NCBI GenBank assembly: GCA_040900375.1
Contig: JBBDZC010000003.1
Coordinates: 64,586-128,585 of the forward strand
Reading direction: 5' to 3'
Source of the DNA: Candidatus Anderseniibacteriota bacterium
GTDB taxonomy: Bacteria > Patescibacteriota > Andersenbacteria > UBA10190
Length of the DNA: 64,000 nt
Below the pieces are notes generated by a model. The model ran no database searches, was not told the origin of the DNA, and saw only the letters and a list, made by a program, of their open reading frames with translations. Position 1 is the first letter of the stretch. Every line of letters starts with the position of its first letter. This document shows positions 52,898 to 61,561 of this stretch, one piece after another. Both the position numbers and the translations under genes were made by a program.

Positions 52898-54979
52898 TCA
52901 ATCCTCGCTCGGTGGCAGACGATAAGCAATATCTCCGGACTGGCTAAATTGCTCCATTCGCTCGCCGGTTCTAAGCTCTCGCCGTCGCCAGAACATGTCG
53001 CCGGGTAATGTGTCAGTCGTCATAAATTTTACCGTTATTGCATCTCCCGCAATTGAGTCAGGGCTACTCAACGCCACATAGTAGGTTTTATTGTCGTTAT
53101 CAGTAAGCGGCGCAAAGGCAAAGCGGTGCCAGTTACTATCGGCAATCTCGCGCGCATTGACACGCACTGTCCGCAGATCCTCCGTCGCGTTAACGTCCTC
53201 ACGAATATGTAAAATAACATCATGGGTATTGCGTCGGCTACTAAAAGTAGCCAGCCCGATCTCAATGCTATTCCAGTTCTTCGGCACTTGCGGCAGGCTC
53301 TGACCTACCTCATGACCCTTCACTAGTTCTCCCGTGTGACGCGTAAAATAAGCCAAACCCACTTGATTGTAAATCCAGACGTATGGCTTGCCACCGATAT
53401 AGACGACATGTTCCGGTTCCCGGTCGCGCAGTTCTTCCAGGACCGAGGTGGCAATATCATCTTGTTCTCGCCCGCCCATGTTGCGGTACACCACCACAAA
53501 ACCGACGCGTTCATCATGACGAGAGCTTAAGCTTAACGTCGTGCCCTTAAAGAAGGTTCTCATTACTCCTGGATACCAGCTGGCAATATAAAGATTAGCA
53601 TCAATTAAAGGATGATTATTTAACCAGTGGGCCGCTTGATCTAAACCTTCTCCCCATCCCTCTTGGCTACGATGACGAACATTAAAGATCTGATTTTCGT
53701 ACGCAATCGCGTATGGTCGCCAGAGGAGGGGTTGTAACACTACGGCCATCACGACCACGCTGGCCACGACTGGTACCAGAAGTTTAGGCCCGTGCCGCTC
53801 CCCGCGGGGCGCGAGTCGAGACCACGCTATCGCCAGGACCGCCCCGGCTATCACCGGCAGTACCACTAAAGTTGGCAGGGCGTAGCGATCACCCTTTTTA
53901 GCCACAAAGGTGATCAGCGCTAAGAAACCAAGAGCGTAGAGCAGTAAAATAACAATGGGGCTTTTAGTAATCATTTGGAGATTAACAAGCCTCTGCCGTG
54001 GCGATACCACCGCTAGTAGCAGCGCGATTGGTAAGCCTAGGCTTACCAAGAGACTAAGGGGCATTGCTCGGGCAGCCACTGTTCTTAAGTAAAATGTCTG
54101 GGGGTTAATAGGATCAGTTGAGGCAGCCAGCGCAATGTGTTCATCAGTTGCAATCGCGATCGCATCGTCTTTATAAGATGTCGTCAACCCTTCGGTATAA
54201 TTTTCATTCTGGAGCTTTGTCGGCGACCAGAAGGCCGGGCAGAGCACTAAAAATGTAACCACTGCCACCAGCAGCCAAACTACAAGCGCCGTGGCGATCT
54301 GGGGCAATCTTTTTCGGGAATTAAAACCTTGCCAGAGCACTAGTAAGCTGCCAAATGCTACCAACCAGAGCGCGGGCAAAAGCTTGGTAGCTAGAGCAAA
54401 ACCTAGCATTATTCCTGATAACAGTAATCCCCAGTGTCGGCCGCCCGCATCTTTAAGGTAGGCCAGCAACGCCACCGTCGCCCCAAGCAGCGAGAGAGCC
54501 AGCAGCGCATCAAGATGGATAATTTGGCTTAAGCCTACAGTATAGGGATCAGCAGCCAAAAAAAGGCCTCCGAGCCAACCGGGCTTCAGTCCCAAGAGCC
54601 ACGTCAACCAATATGTGATGAAGCCAACCAGCAAGGCCGTCATCAAGGTCACTGGCAGCTTTGCTACTTCATAAAAATCTTTTACCCGGCTGTCGTCGAG
54701 ATGAACATCTACTCCCTGCCACTTTGCCTGGGCCGTAATCCCGCCACCAGCCAACCACATGAGTGTGGTCCCAGGATGAGTCGTCATAAAGGTATTACTG
54801 AAATCGCCCTGCAGCACCTCGTGCCAATACCATGAGCTGCGTAAGACCCACCGGTCTTCATCAGCTGTCATTATATCCCCAAGCCCCCACAAACGCACCA
54901 CCGCAGCGACTAGTAAAACACTTATAACTATGAACACACGAGGGAAACGAGCGCCAATACGCCACGATAAATTAGACAT
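52898..54979 (-). CDS. GT-C glycosyltransferase, PMT/ArnT-like ('MTADEDRW' motif) with C-terminal soluble module
   Basis: 693 aa. 'LGDIMTADEDRWVLRSSWYW', 'KKGDRYALP' and 'GGKPYVWIYNQ', then the module 'WNSIEIGLATFSSRRNTHDVILHIREDV...HRFAFAPLTDNDNKTYYVAL'. Confidence 0.65.
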   Translation of the reverse strand: MSNLSWRIGARFPRVFIVISVLLVAAVVRLWGLGDIMTADEDRWVLRSSWYWHEVLQGDFSNTFMTTHPGTTLMWLAGGGITAQAKWQGVDVHLDDSRVKDFYEVAKLPVTLMTALLVGFITYWLTWLLGLKPGWLGGLFLAADPYTVGLSQIIHLDALLALSLLGATVALLAYLKDAGGRHWGLLLSGIMLGFALATKLLPALWLVAFGSLLVLWQGFNSRKRLPQIATALVVWLLVAVVTFLVLCPAFWSPTKLQNENYTEGLTTSYKDDAIAIATDEHIALAASTDPINPQTFYLRTVAARAMPLSLLVSLGLPIALLLAVVSPRQRLVNLQMITKSPIVILLLYALGFLALITFVAKKGDRYALPTLVVLPVIAGAVLAIAWSRLAPRGERHGPKLLVPVVASVVVMAVVLQPLLWRPYAIAYENQIFNVRHRSQEGWGEGLDQAAHWLNNHPLIDANLYIASWYPGVMRTFFKGTTLSLSSRHDERVGFVVVYRNMGGREQDDIATSVLEELRDREPEHVVYIGGKPYVWIYNQVGLAYFTRHTGELVKGHEVGQSLPQVPKNWNSIEIGLATFSSRRNTHDVILHIREDVNATEDLRTVRVNAREIADSNWHRFAFAPLTDNDNKTYYVALSSPDSIAGDAITVKFMTTDTLPGDMFWRRRELRTGERMEQFSQSGDIAYRLPPSED

Positions 54980-54984
54980 GAGGA

Positions 54985-57678
54985 CTAGGGACTATTCTTC
55001 CGTCGGTAAAAGGTCAAGGTATTTGAACCATTTTCAATTCCCTTGACTGACTCAAAATCACGCTCCAAACCGGCCTCAATTTCCGAGTACTCCATCAGGA
55101 ATGAGAAGCTGGTCTGACTATCAAGCAAGAACCACTGCGTGTGGCGATACGCCTCAAGCATGGTTTCCACTGGTGGTAGAAAAGTATTAAGGCGCTCCGG
55201 ATCTTTTCGGGTAAATTCGTAGGCGTACCAACGCGGGTGAGAAATATCAAGCGCCGTGTGGTGACCAGAAAGATAGGCAACCAGTGACGAGCCCGTGAAA
55301 ATTGGTTGATCAAGAGGAATATTATCACGTGCCCACACGCCCGCTTCATAGGCTGCTCGTTGTGTAAAAGTACCCGTGTGCTCATAGAGAAAAGTAATGT
55401 AATTCGATAAAAACATGCTCCACAGCAAGACCAGGGCCGTGACACTCGATATGATCTTAGTAACAAATACTGTCCAGGGATAGCCGTTTTCCAACTGCGA
55501 GAGAGTACTCATGATCCGCTGCCACATCAGAAGAGCTCCGGCACCCGCAACGATTGCCAGTGGGGGCAAAAACTCATTCAAATAGTTAGCGTGAAATTTA
55601 ATCCAGTTACTGTAGAAAAATATCAAACCGCCGAGCCATACCGGCAGCAACAGGATAACGCTCACCGACACCGGGCTGTTCGCAGACACACTCAAAAACG
55701 GCGGTGTGGTCACCTTCTTCAAGCTACCAATAATATTAGGCAAGGCGTGGTGCAAAGGTTGCGTGCTGCGTTTAATAGTACTTTTCTCCTCGAAAACAAA
55801 CTGTTCTGACTGCGGCCGGGGCCAGCAAGCAACCAGCACCAACATTCCCCCCATCAAGTACCACAGAAGTGTCATACCATAGAACATAAAGGCACTGCCT
55901 TCATATTCAAAAAAGAATTGCCAACACCACCAAAAGGCAGCCAAGGGGAAAATCCAGACTATTTTCGGGACAACATGCTCAAGCAATGCCCGGGTAAAAG
56001 GCGAGGGCCGTTCTCGCAGTGCCCGGCGCACCAAGTTTCGGGAAAACGTTTCGAGCAACAAACCCCAGCCCAATAAGGAGAGAAAAATAAGCGGTAAGGA
56101 TTCACGGAAGAAAGGTGTCATTCCCCGGAGCGAGTAACTACGAGTTTTCTCGGCTTCACTCGGATCGAGGCTAATAGTTCCGTCAGTCGCTGAATTTACT
56201 CCCAACGCCTCCCACAAACCTTCTAGACCATAGACTTGGTAAGCCGACCACAAGAAGGCTCCCACGACTAACATGAAGCCAATGCCAACCAAGAAACAGT
56301 AGTGCAGCCGCTGGCGCCAAGAAACACCATGGACCGCAATAAAAAGCAAGGGCAAAACGCCCAGCGCCAGAATACTCTTACGGGATATCACGCCTAAACC
56401 AAGCAGCATGCCGGCACCAATAAGCTTGAGGTTAGAGGGCCCATGAGCAGACAAGGAGGGAGAAGCAGAGAATGCCGGCTGACGGACTGCCTGCCACAAT
56501 ACCGCTAACCCCATAATGCCAAAAAAGAGAGCCAGTGGTTGAGTGTGGGCATAGACATTGGCGAGCACGGCAGCGCCAAATAACGACCACACCGCCGCCG
56601 CCATAATGCCTGTCAAGCGATTTTTAAGTTGGCACCCCAGACTATAGATAGGAAAAATTGTTAAAGCCCCGATGACAATCGAAGACAGTCGGCCAGCGAT
56701 AATGGTGTCTCCCAGTAAAAATTGCCAGAGCGCCATCCAGGCAATTACCAAAGGCGCTTTAACATAGCCATCCCCTCCGGCCAGTATTCCTTGGCGTAAA
56801 CTGCGCGCGTCATAGAGGTAGTTGCCCTCATCTTCAGTCACTGGTAGTTCACGCGCATAGAGTATCCGCAAACCGACTGCGACAACAAACAAAAATATGA
56901 GCAGGAATATGACCGCTCGCCGTGAAAGGGCCGCCGGCGTGCCTTCAGATTCACTCCGCCGGCTCATGGCAATCAACAGGAGTAAAAACAATAACCCAGG
57001 CACCATAGTTTTGCCTACAATCTCGTAATGGCTGCGCTGATCATCCCAGTTCACAATAAAGGAGTAGACTGCCTGGCGGGCGGCGTTGATAACTGCTACC
57101 CGCAAGGGCACTGTGTGGTAGCTCGCAAAGCCCAGATCCTGGGTAGGTTTGCCAGAAGGAGCAAGATTTTGTGGCGCCGTAACATCCCTGCCCCGCCCGC
57201 GGACAATAAAGGCGGTCCCCAAATGATAGGGATTGCGACTATCTACATCAACTGTTACAGCATTCCCCGGTACACTACTAGGTGAAACAACAAAGAAGAA
57301 GAAATTCTTACCTTCACTATCCGCAATCGGTTCAAATTCAAAGCGATAAAATTGATTGTCACCTAAAAGATGAGGCGCAATCGCCACGCGTCGTAAATCT
57401 TCACGCGCTTCGAGAGACTCACGGAGATGAAAATGGATCGGTTGCGTATTGGCGCGATTGGAATAGGTCGCAAACATTACCGCCACACCTGACAGATAAT
57501 TGTGTTCGGATTTGAATGTCTGCCCGATTAAAACATCTCCGGTAAGTTCGCCTGCATTCGTAGTATAGCTCGCTTGCTGAACCGTCCGCTCGCGAACGAC
57601 TATGAACTGTGCTGCCAAGGTAAAGATCGCTAGAAGGCAGACGGCAGCCAGCGCCATGATTTTTGTTGCCGGTGTCAT
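54985..57678 (-). CDS. large GT-C glycosyltransferase with N-terminal soluble module
   Basis: 897 aa. An N-terminal TM is followed by the module 'IGQTFKSEHNYLSGVAVMFATYSNRANTQPIHFHLRE...YRFEFEPIADSEGKNFFFFVV'. Then comes the loop motif 'ELPVTEDEGNYLYDA' and more than 12 helices. Confidence 0.6.
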   Translation of the reverse strand: MTPATKIMALAAVCLLAIFTLAAQFIVVRERTVQQASYTTNAGELTGDVLIGQTFKSEHNYLSGVAVMFATYSNRANTQPIHFHLRESLEAREDLRRVAIAPHLLGDNQFYRFEFEPIADSEGKNFFFFVVSPSSVPGNAVTVDVDSRNPYHLGTAFIVRGRGRDVTAPQNLAPSGKPTQDLGFASYHTVPLRVAVINAARQAVYSFIVNWDDQRSHYEIVGKTMVPGLLFLLLLIAMSRRSESEGTPAALSRRAVIFLLIFLFVVAVGLRILYARELPVTEDEGNYLYDARSLRQGILAGGDGYVKAPLVIAWMALWQFLLGDTIIAGRLSSIVIGALTIFPIYSLGCQLKNRLTGIMAAAVWSLFGAAVLANVYAHTQPLALFFGIMGLAVLWQAVRQPAFSASPSLSAHGPSNLKLIGAGMLLGLGVISRKSILALGVLPLLFIAVHGVSWRQRLHYCFLVGIGFMLVVGAFLWSAYQVYGLEGLWEALGVNSATDGTISLDPSEAEKTRSYSLRGMTPFFRESLPLIFLSLLGWGLLLETFSRNLVRRALRERPSPFTRALLEHVVPKIVWIFPLAAFWWCWQFFFEYEGSAFMFYGMTLLWYLMGGMLVLVACWPRPQSEQFVFEEKSTIKRSTQPLHHALPNIIGSLKKVTTPPFLSVSANSPVSVSVILLLPVWLGGLIFFYSNWIKFHANYLNEFLPPLAIVAGAGALLMWQRIMSTLSQLENGYPWTVFVTKIISSVTALVLLWSMFLSNYITFLYEHTGTFTQRAAYEAGVWARDNIPLDQPIFTGSSLVAYLSGHHTALDISHPRWYAYEFTRKDPERLNTFLPPVETMLEAYRHTQWFLLDSQTSFSFLMEYSEIEAGLERDFESVKGIENGSNTLTFYRRKNSP

Positions 57679-57773
57679 ACAGTCAAATTAAGAGAGTCGT
57701 ACTTTAATCATACACGAAAGAAAAGTTACCGGCGTAGATATACCCTTATATCGAGCACAGCAGCCGTCGGTAC

Positions 57774-58790
57774 CTACCAATAATGCTGGTGGTGCTGCCG
57801 GTAGTACGCCACCATTTCCTTAATTCCTGCCTGGAGCGAAACTCTTGGTTGCCAGCCCGTCAACTCAAAAATCTTTGTGGTGTCAGCAATATAGTTACCG
57901 GTCTCATTTTTTTCATAATGCTCGGGCCAAGGCACATGTTTCGCCTGCCCACTCCCCACGGCCCGTAAGACTGCCTCCACCATATCCACAAACCGTACGC
58001 GCTCGTGTGTGCCGATGTTATACACCTCCCCCGCCCCGCCCCGCACCGTCAAGCGCAAAAAAGCTTCCACAATATCATCAATATACAAATAGTCCCGTTC
58101 CTGCTCGCCCTCACCAAAGATGGTAATACTATTACCGGTCATTGCCTCTCGCACAAACCAGCCAACGATGGAGTACTTACTATGCTTCATTTGTTGTCGT
58201 GGTCCATACGGATTAGGAATACGCACCGCAGTGGTATGAATGCCAAAAGTATCAGCAAAATAGCGGCCATACTTCTCACCGAGCAGTTTGTGAATACCGT
58301 ACAACGACAGCGGCTCCGTTGGATGGTCTTCCCGGACAGGAATATGCAAAATCTTGCCATAGACCATGCGTGAGGAAGAAAATAAAACTCGGGCCTGGGG
58401 CGCTTCGGTGCGGACTGCCTCTAAAACATTGAGGTGCCCCCTTCCGTTAATATCTAGATCGAGAAAAGGCTGGTCTTTAGAATCAATATAACTAACTTGC
58501 GCCGCTAAATGGTAGATAACGTCTTGTCCCTTGGCAGTCTTCTTGACAAGCGCCTCGTCGCGAATATCTCCCTCGATAATCGTGACTCGATGAGCGATCT
58601 CCTCCACATTAAACTGATTACCACCATAGAGTGGCAAGAGCGCATCAAGTAACGTAACTTGGGCGCCCAAGTCTACAAGCGCGTGAGCTAAATTACTGCC
58701 GATAAAACCAAGACCACCGGTAATAAGAACCTTTTTACCAACAAACACTGCCCGGATATCCTCCGGTAATTGAGTCACCTTAAAACTCAT
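57774..58790 (-). CDS. NAD-dependent nucleotide-sugar epimerase/dehydratase (extended SDR)
   Basis: 338 aa. 'VLITGGLGFIGSNLAHALVDLGAQVTLLD' and the catalytic 'YGIHKLLGEKY'. Confidence 0.85.
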   Translation of the reverse strand: MSFKVTQLPEDIRAVFVGKKVLITGGLGFIGSNLAHALVDLGAQVTLLDALLPLYGGNQFNVEEIAHRVTIIEGDIRDEALVKKTAKGQDVIYHLAAQVSYIDSKDQPFLDLDINGRGHLNVLEAVRTEAPQARVLFSSSRMVYGKILHIPVREDHPTEPLSLYGIHKLLGEKYGRYFADTFGIHTTAVRIPNPYGPRQQMKHSKYSIVGWFVREAMTGNSITIFGEGEQERDYLYIDDIVEAFLRLTVRGGAGEVYNIGTHERVRFVDMVEAVLRAVGSGQAKHVPWPEHYEKNETGNYIADTTKIFELTGWQPRVSLQAGIKEMVAYYRQHHQHYW

Positions 58791-59929
58791 ACTGGTACCT
58801 GCGTTGCATATAATGATAAATATTTATCCATAATGTGCCGCCAATCATAGGCCAAAGCTAAGGCACGGCTCCGCTGCCCCATTCGCTCGCGCAACTGCCG
58901 ATCATTAATCAATATCGCCAGTCGTTGCGCAATTAATTCGATATCATCGCCCGTTATGAGATAGCCATTATCTCCCTCACGCACAATTTCATTATTACCT
59001 CCCACATCCGAAGCAATGATCGGCAAGCCACAACCCATCGCTTCTAAGATTACTGAAGGCATCCCTTCAGAGAGTGAGGTCAAAACAAAAATATCGGCAT
59101 ACTGGTACGACTTTTCCAGTTTATCGTACGGTACAGTGCCAACATAATGAATCAAATCGCTTACATGGAGCTCTTCCGCTAATGCGTCTAAATCAGGCCG
59201 CGCGGCCCCACTGCCAACTACTTCTACTTCAAACGGCTCTTGCGTCAACGCGCGGACACGGGGGAGAGCCCTGATGATCCGCTGGAATCCCTTGCGGGGA
59301 ATCAGACGGCCAATAAACAAAATTTTAACTTTAGAGTTAGTCGGTCGCACTGTAGGCTTGAAGCGCTCGGTCTCTACGCCGTTGGGAATAACAATAAATT
59401 CAGACGAGAGATCAGCGGCTTTTCCTAGTTTGGCGAGTTCGTGGGAACAGACTGTTCGAAAACTTGCGCCCCGCCAAATCGCCCGCAAGAGCGGTGTTAG
59501 GAGGGGGTAAATGTTTTTATAGCGCGACGGGTTAGCCCCCGGAATGTCAGAACCACCAAAGTATACGCTGTAGGGAATACGCCACAGACGGTGAATAATC
59601 CACGCCACCCAGCCGGCCGGGACTGCAAAGTAGGCTTGGATAAAATCAACCTGCTCCCGCCGTGTATACCAGGCGGTATACCATAGAGCAGAAATACCAA
59701 AGATCACTAACTCCCATTGCGAACAAAAATCCTTGTAGCGACGAATCGCGGGGATGCGCAGGACAAGGGCACCATCAATGACTTCCCGATGCGGTAAATC
59801 GCGCCAGCGGGAAGTAATGAGAGTTACCTTATGTCCGGCCGCAGTGAGGTGGCCAATGGCATACTTTGTCACCGTTGAGCCCCCTCCTCCGATGGGGGGA
59901 AACTCATTATTAATCAGGAGAAGGTTCAT
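58787..59929 (-). CDS. GT4 family glycosyltransferase
   Basis: 380 aa. 'LLLINNEFPPIGGGGSTVTKYAI' and 'SLSEGMPSVILEAMGCGLPIIASDVGGNNEIV'. There is an ATGA overlap with the downstream epimerase. Confidence 0.85.
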   Translation of the reverse strand: MNLLLINNEFPPIGGGGSTVTKYAIGHLTAAGHKVTLITSRWRDLPHREVIDGALVLRIPAIRRYKDFCSQWELVIFGISALWYTAWYTRREQVDFIQAYFAVPAGWVAWIIHRLWRIPYSVYFGGSDIPGANPSRYKNIYPLLTPLLRAIWRGASFRTVCSHELAKLGKAADLSSEFIVIPNGVETERFKPTVRPTNSKVKILFIGRLIPRKGFQRIIRALPRVRALTQEPFEVEVVGSGAARPDLDALAEELHVSDLIHYVGTVPYDKLEKSYQYADIFVLTSLSEGMPSVILEAMGCGLPIIASDVGGNNEIVREGDNGYLITGDDIELIAQRLAILINDRQLRERMGQRSRALALAYDWRHIMDKYLSLYATQVPV

Positions 59930-59947
59930 CCCTTTGTTTTTATTTAA

Positions 59948-60922
59948 CTACACCCTCCTAGGTTCACCCGGGATGGCAAAGCCATGAGTTGACTTAATGG
60001 AGTAGGCTTTTTTCTGGGTGTAGTACGTTTTGGCAACGACATCAGCCAATACGCCTGTTAGAAGAAATTGAAAACCCAAAAGCACGAGTAGCACCGCCAG
60101 CAAGGGAGTCGAGCGACCGGCTAAACCAATAATTCTGAATAACCAGAGGGTCCCTAATGTCCCCCCTAGAATAAAGCCGGTAGCAATAAAGGTAGCGCCA
60201 ATCGCCCCAAAGAAATGCATGGGACGAGCCGAATACTGGATCCAGAATTTTACCACGAATAAATCCAGAAAGCCTTTAATCTTTTTTCGAATATTGTAAT
60301 TGGTATGGCCGAACTTACGGGAATGGTGCTGCACGACGATTTCCCCCACCCGAAAACCCTTCCAGGAAAGCAGGGCCGTTATGTAACGGTGCATTTCACC
60401 GTAGAGCTCTAAATCCTGCAGGGCTTCTTTCTTATAAATTTTGAGGCTGCAGCCATGGTCATGAATTTTTTCTCCAGTAACCCAACGATGGATCAAGTTA
60501 CCAACAATACTCAAGGTGGTCAGTAAACCACTGTCTTCGCGGTTTTTTCGCCAGCCTGATATGACATCTAAATCCTGGTCTCGCAAACTCTGTAGCATTT
60601 TGGGAATATCGCGCGGGTCATTCTGTAAATCTGCATCGAGCACAATCACGTAATCGCCTTGCGCGTAATCAAAACCAGCTGACCAACCTGCGGTCTGACC
60701 AAAACTGCGTCTGAATTCAATAAGTTTCACCCGCTCATCACGGCTATGTAATTCCTTAATTACCCGATTGGTAGCATCGGTACTGCCGTCATCAATAAAG
60801 ATAAGTTCCCACGGCTCGCCGAGTATCTCAAGCACTGGTTTAAGCGCGTTGTAAAGGGGCTTAATTGATTTCTCTTCATTATGGGCTGGCACCACCACAG
60901 AATATTTCATATTAAGACTCAT
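59948..60922 (-). CDS. GT2 polyprenyl-phosphate glycosyltransferase with C-terminal TM anchor (GtrB/ArnC/DPM synthase-like)
   Basis: 324 aa. 'YSVVVPAHNEEKSI', 'FIDDGSTDAT' and 'VLDADLQNDP', plus two C-terminal hydrophobic helices ('FFGAIGATFIATGFILGGTLGTLWLF' and 'LLAVLLVLLGFQFLLTGVL'). Confidence 0.8.
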   Translation of the reverse strand: MSLNMKYSVVVPAHNEEKSIKPLYNALKPVLEILGEPWELIFIDDGSTDATNRVIKELHSRDERVKLIEFRRSFGQTAGWSAGFDYAQGDYVIVLDADLQNDPRDIPKMLQSLRDQDLDVISGWRKNREDSGLLTTLSIVGNLIHRWVTGEKIHDHGCSLKIYKKEALQDLELYGEMHRYITALLSWKGFRVGEIVVQHHSRKFGHTNYNIRKKIKGFLDLFVVKFWIQYSARPMHFFGAIGATFIATGFILGGTLGTLWLFRIIGLAGRSTPLLAVLLVLLGFQFLLTGVLADVVAKTYYTQKKAYSIKSTHGFAIPGEPRRV

Positions 60923-60970
60923 TATGGATGAGGCGACGCTATTTAGGAAGGATTAGCTGTACCACACAAT

Positions 60971-61011
60971 TATAAATAATGCAAAGGTAGCAGTATCACT
61001 AAACTGCTACC
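60971..61011 (-). terminator. putative rho-independent terminator for the minus-strand operon ending at 61080
   Basis: An 8 bp stem 'ggtagcag'/'ctgctacc' (60986..61011) with a 10 nt loop. On the minus strand it is followed by the T-rich 'tttgcattatttata'. It lies between the end of ORF 61080..61484 and the promoter region of the GT2 gene. Confidence 0.45.
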
Positions 61012-61079
61012 GCCCGCGGTCATAAAAAAGCCTATGCAAGCTAGGCTCACACAGGCAGTCCTTCAGGAAACTCAAGCAG

Positions 61080-61484
61080 TCACTCCCTTTCCCCTTGTGG
61101 TGGCATACGCCTGCTCCGTGCTTGGAGAATCTCCTGGATTGATAAAGTGGTCGGAGTATAATCGAGTAGTGTTGATGTTTTTTCTCTCGACCGAATGGTA
61201 TCCGACTCCTCGCGAAAACCAAAGATCCTACTCAGCCAACGTGTCAGCAGCCAAAAAATCCAGAAGGAGGCTAACCATGCAACCACCGGCTGTCGGGGTG
61301 TTCCGTTAAGATGTAGCCCAATGTTCAGAAACCCAATTGCGCCCAACAGGAAATGCCACCACCGTAGCGGCGACGGTAACTCTGGCTCTTGCACTCCTCG
61401 CCACTGACTTCTGCCTGATAAGCCCGGTACATGCTTGATCTCGCCATGGTAGTGGAAATGACCATTATTAAAGCTGACCATCAC
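61080..61484 (-). CDS. small hypothetical membrane protein
   Basis: 134 aa with two hydrophobic segments ('WWHFLLGAIGFLNIGLHL' and 'VVAWLASFWIFWLL'). It lies between the nucleotidyltransferase gene and the terminator. No family recognised. Confidence 0.35.
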   Translation of the reverse strand: MMVSFNNGHFHYHGEIKHVPGLSGRSQWRGVQEPELPSPLRWWHFLLGAIGFLNIGLHLNGTPRQPVVAWLASFWIFWLLTRWLSRIFGFREESDTIRSREKTSTLLDYTPTTLSIQEILQARSRRMPPQGERE

Positions 61485-61561
61485 GTAGCCTCCTTAAGAA
61501 AGGGATAGAGCAAAATTGCCAAAGAACATCAATCTTCGACTCACCCTGGCCTGAGGGCTCG

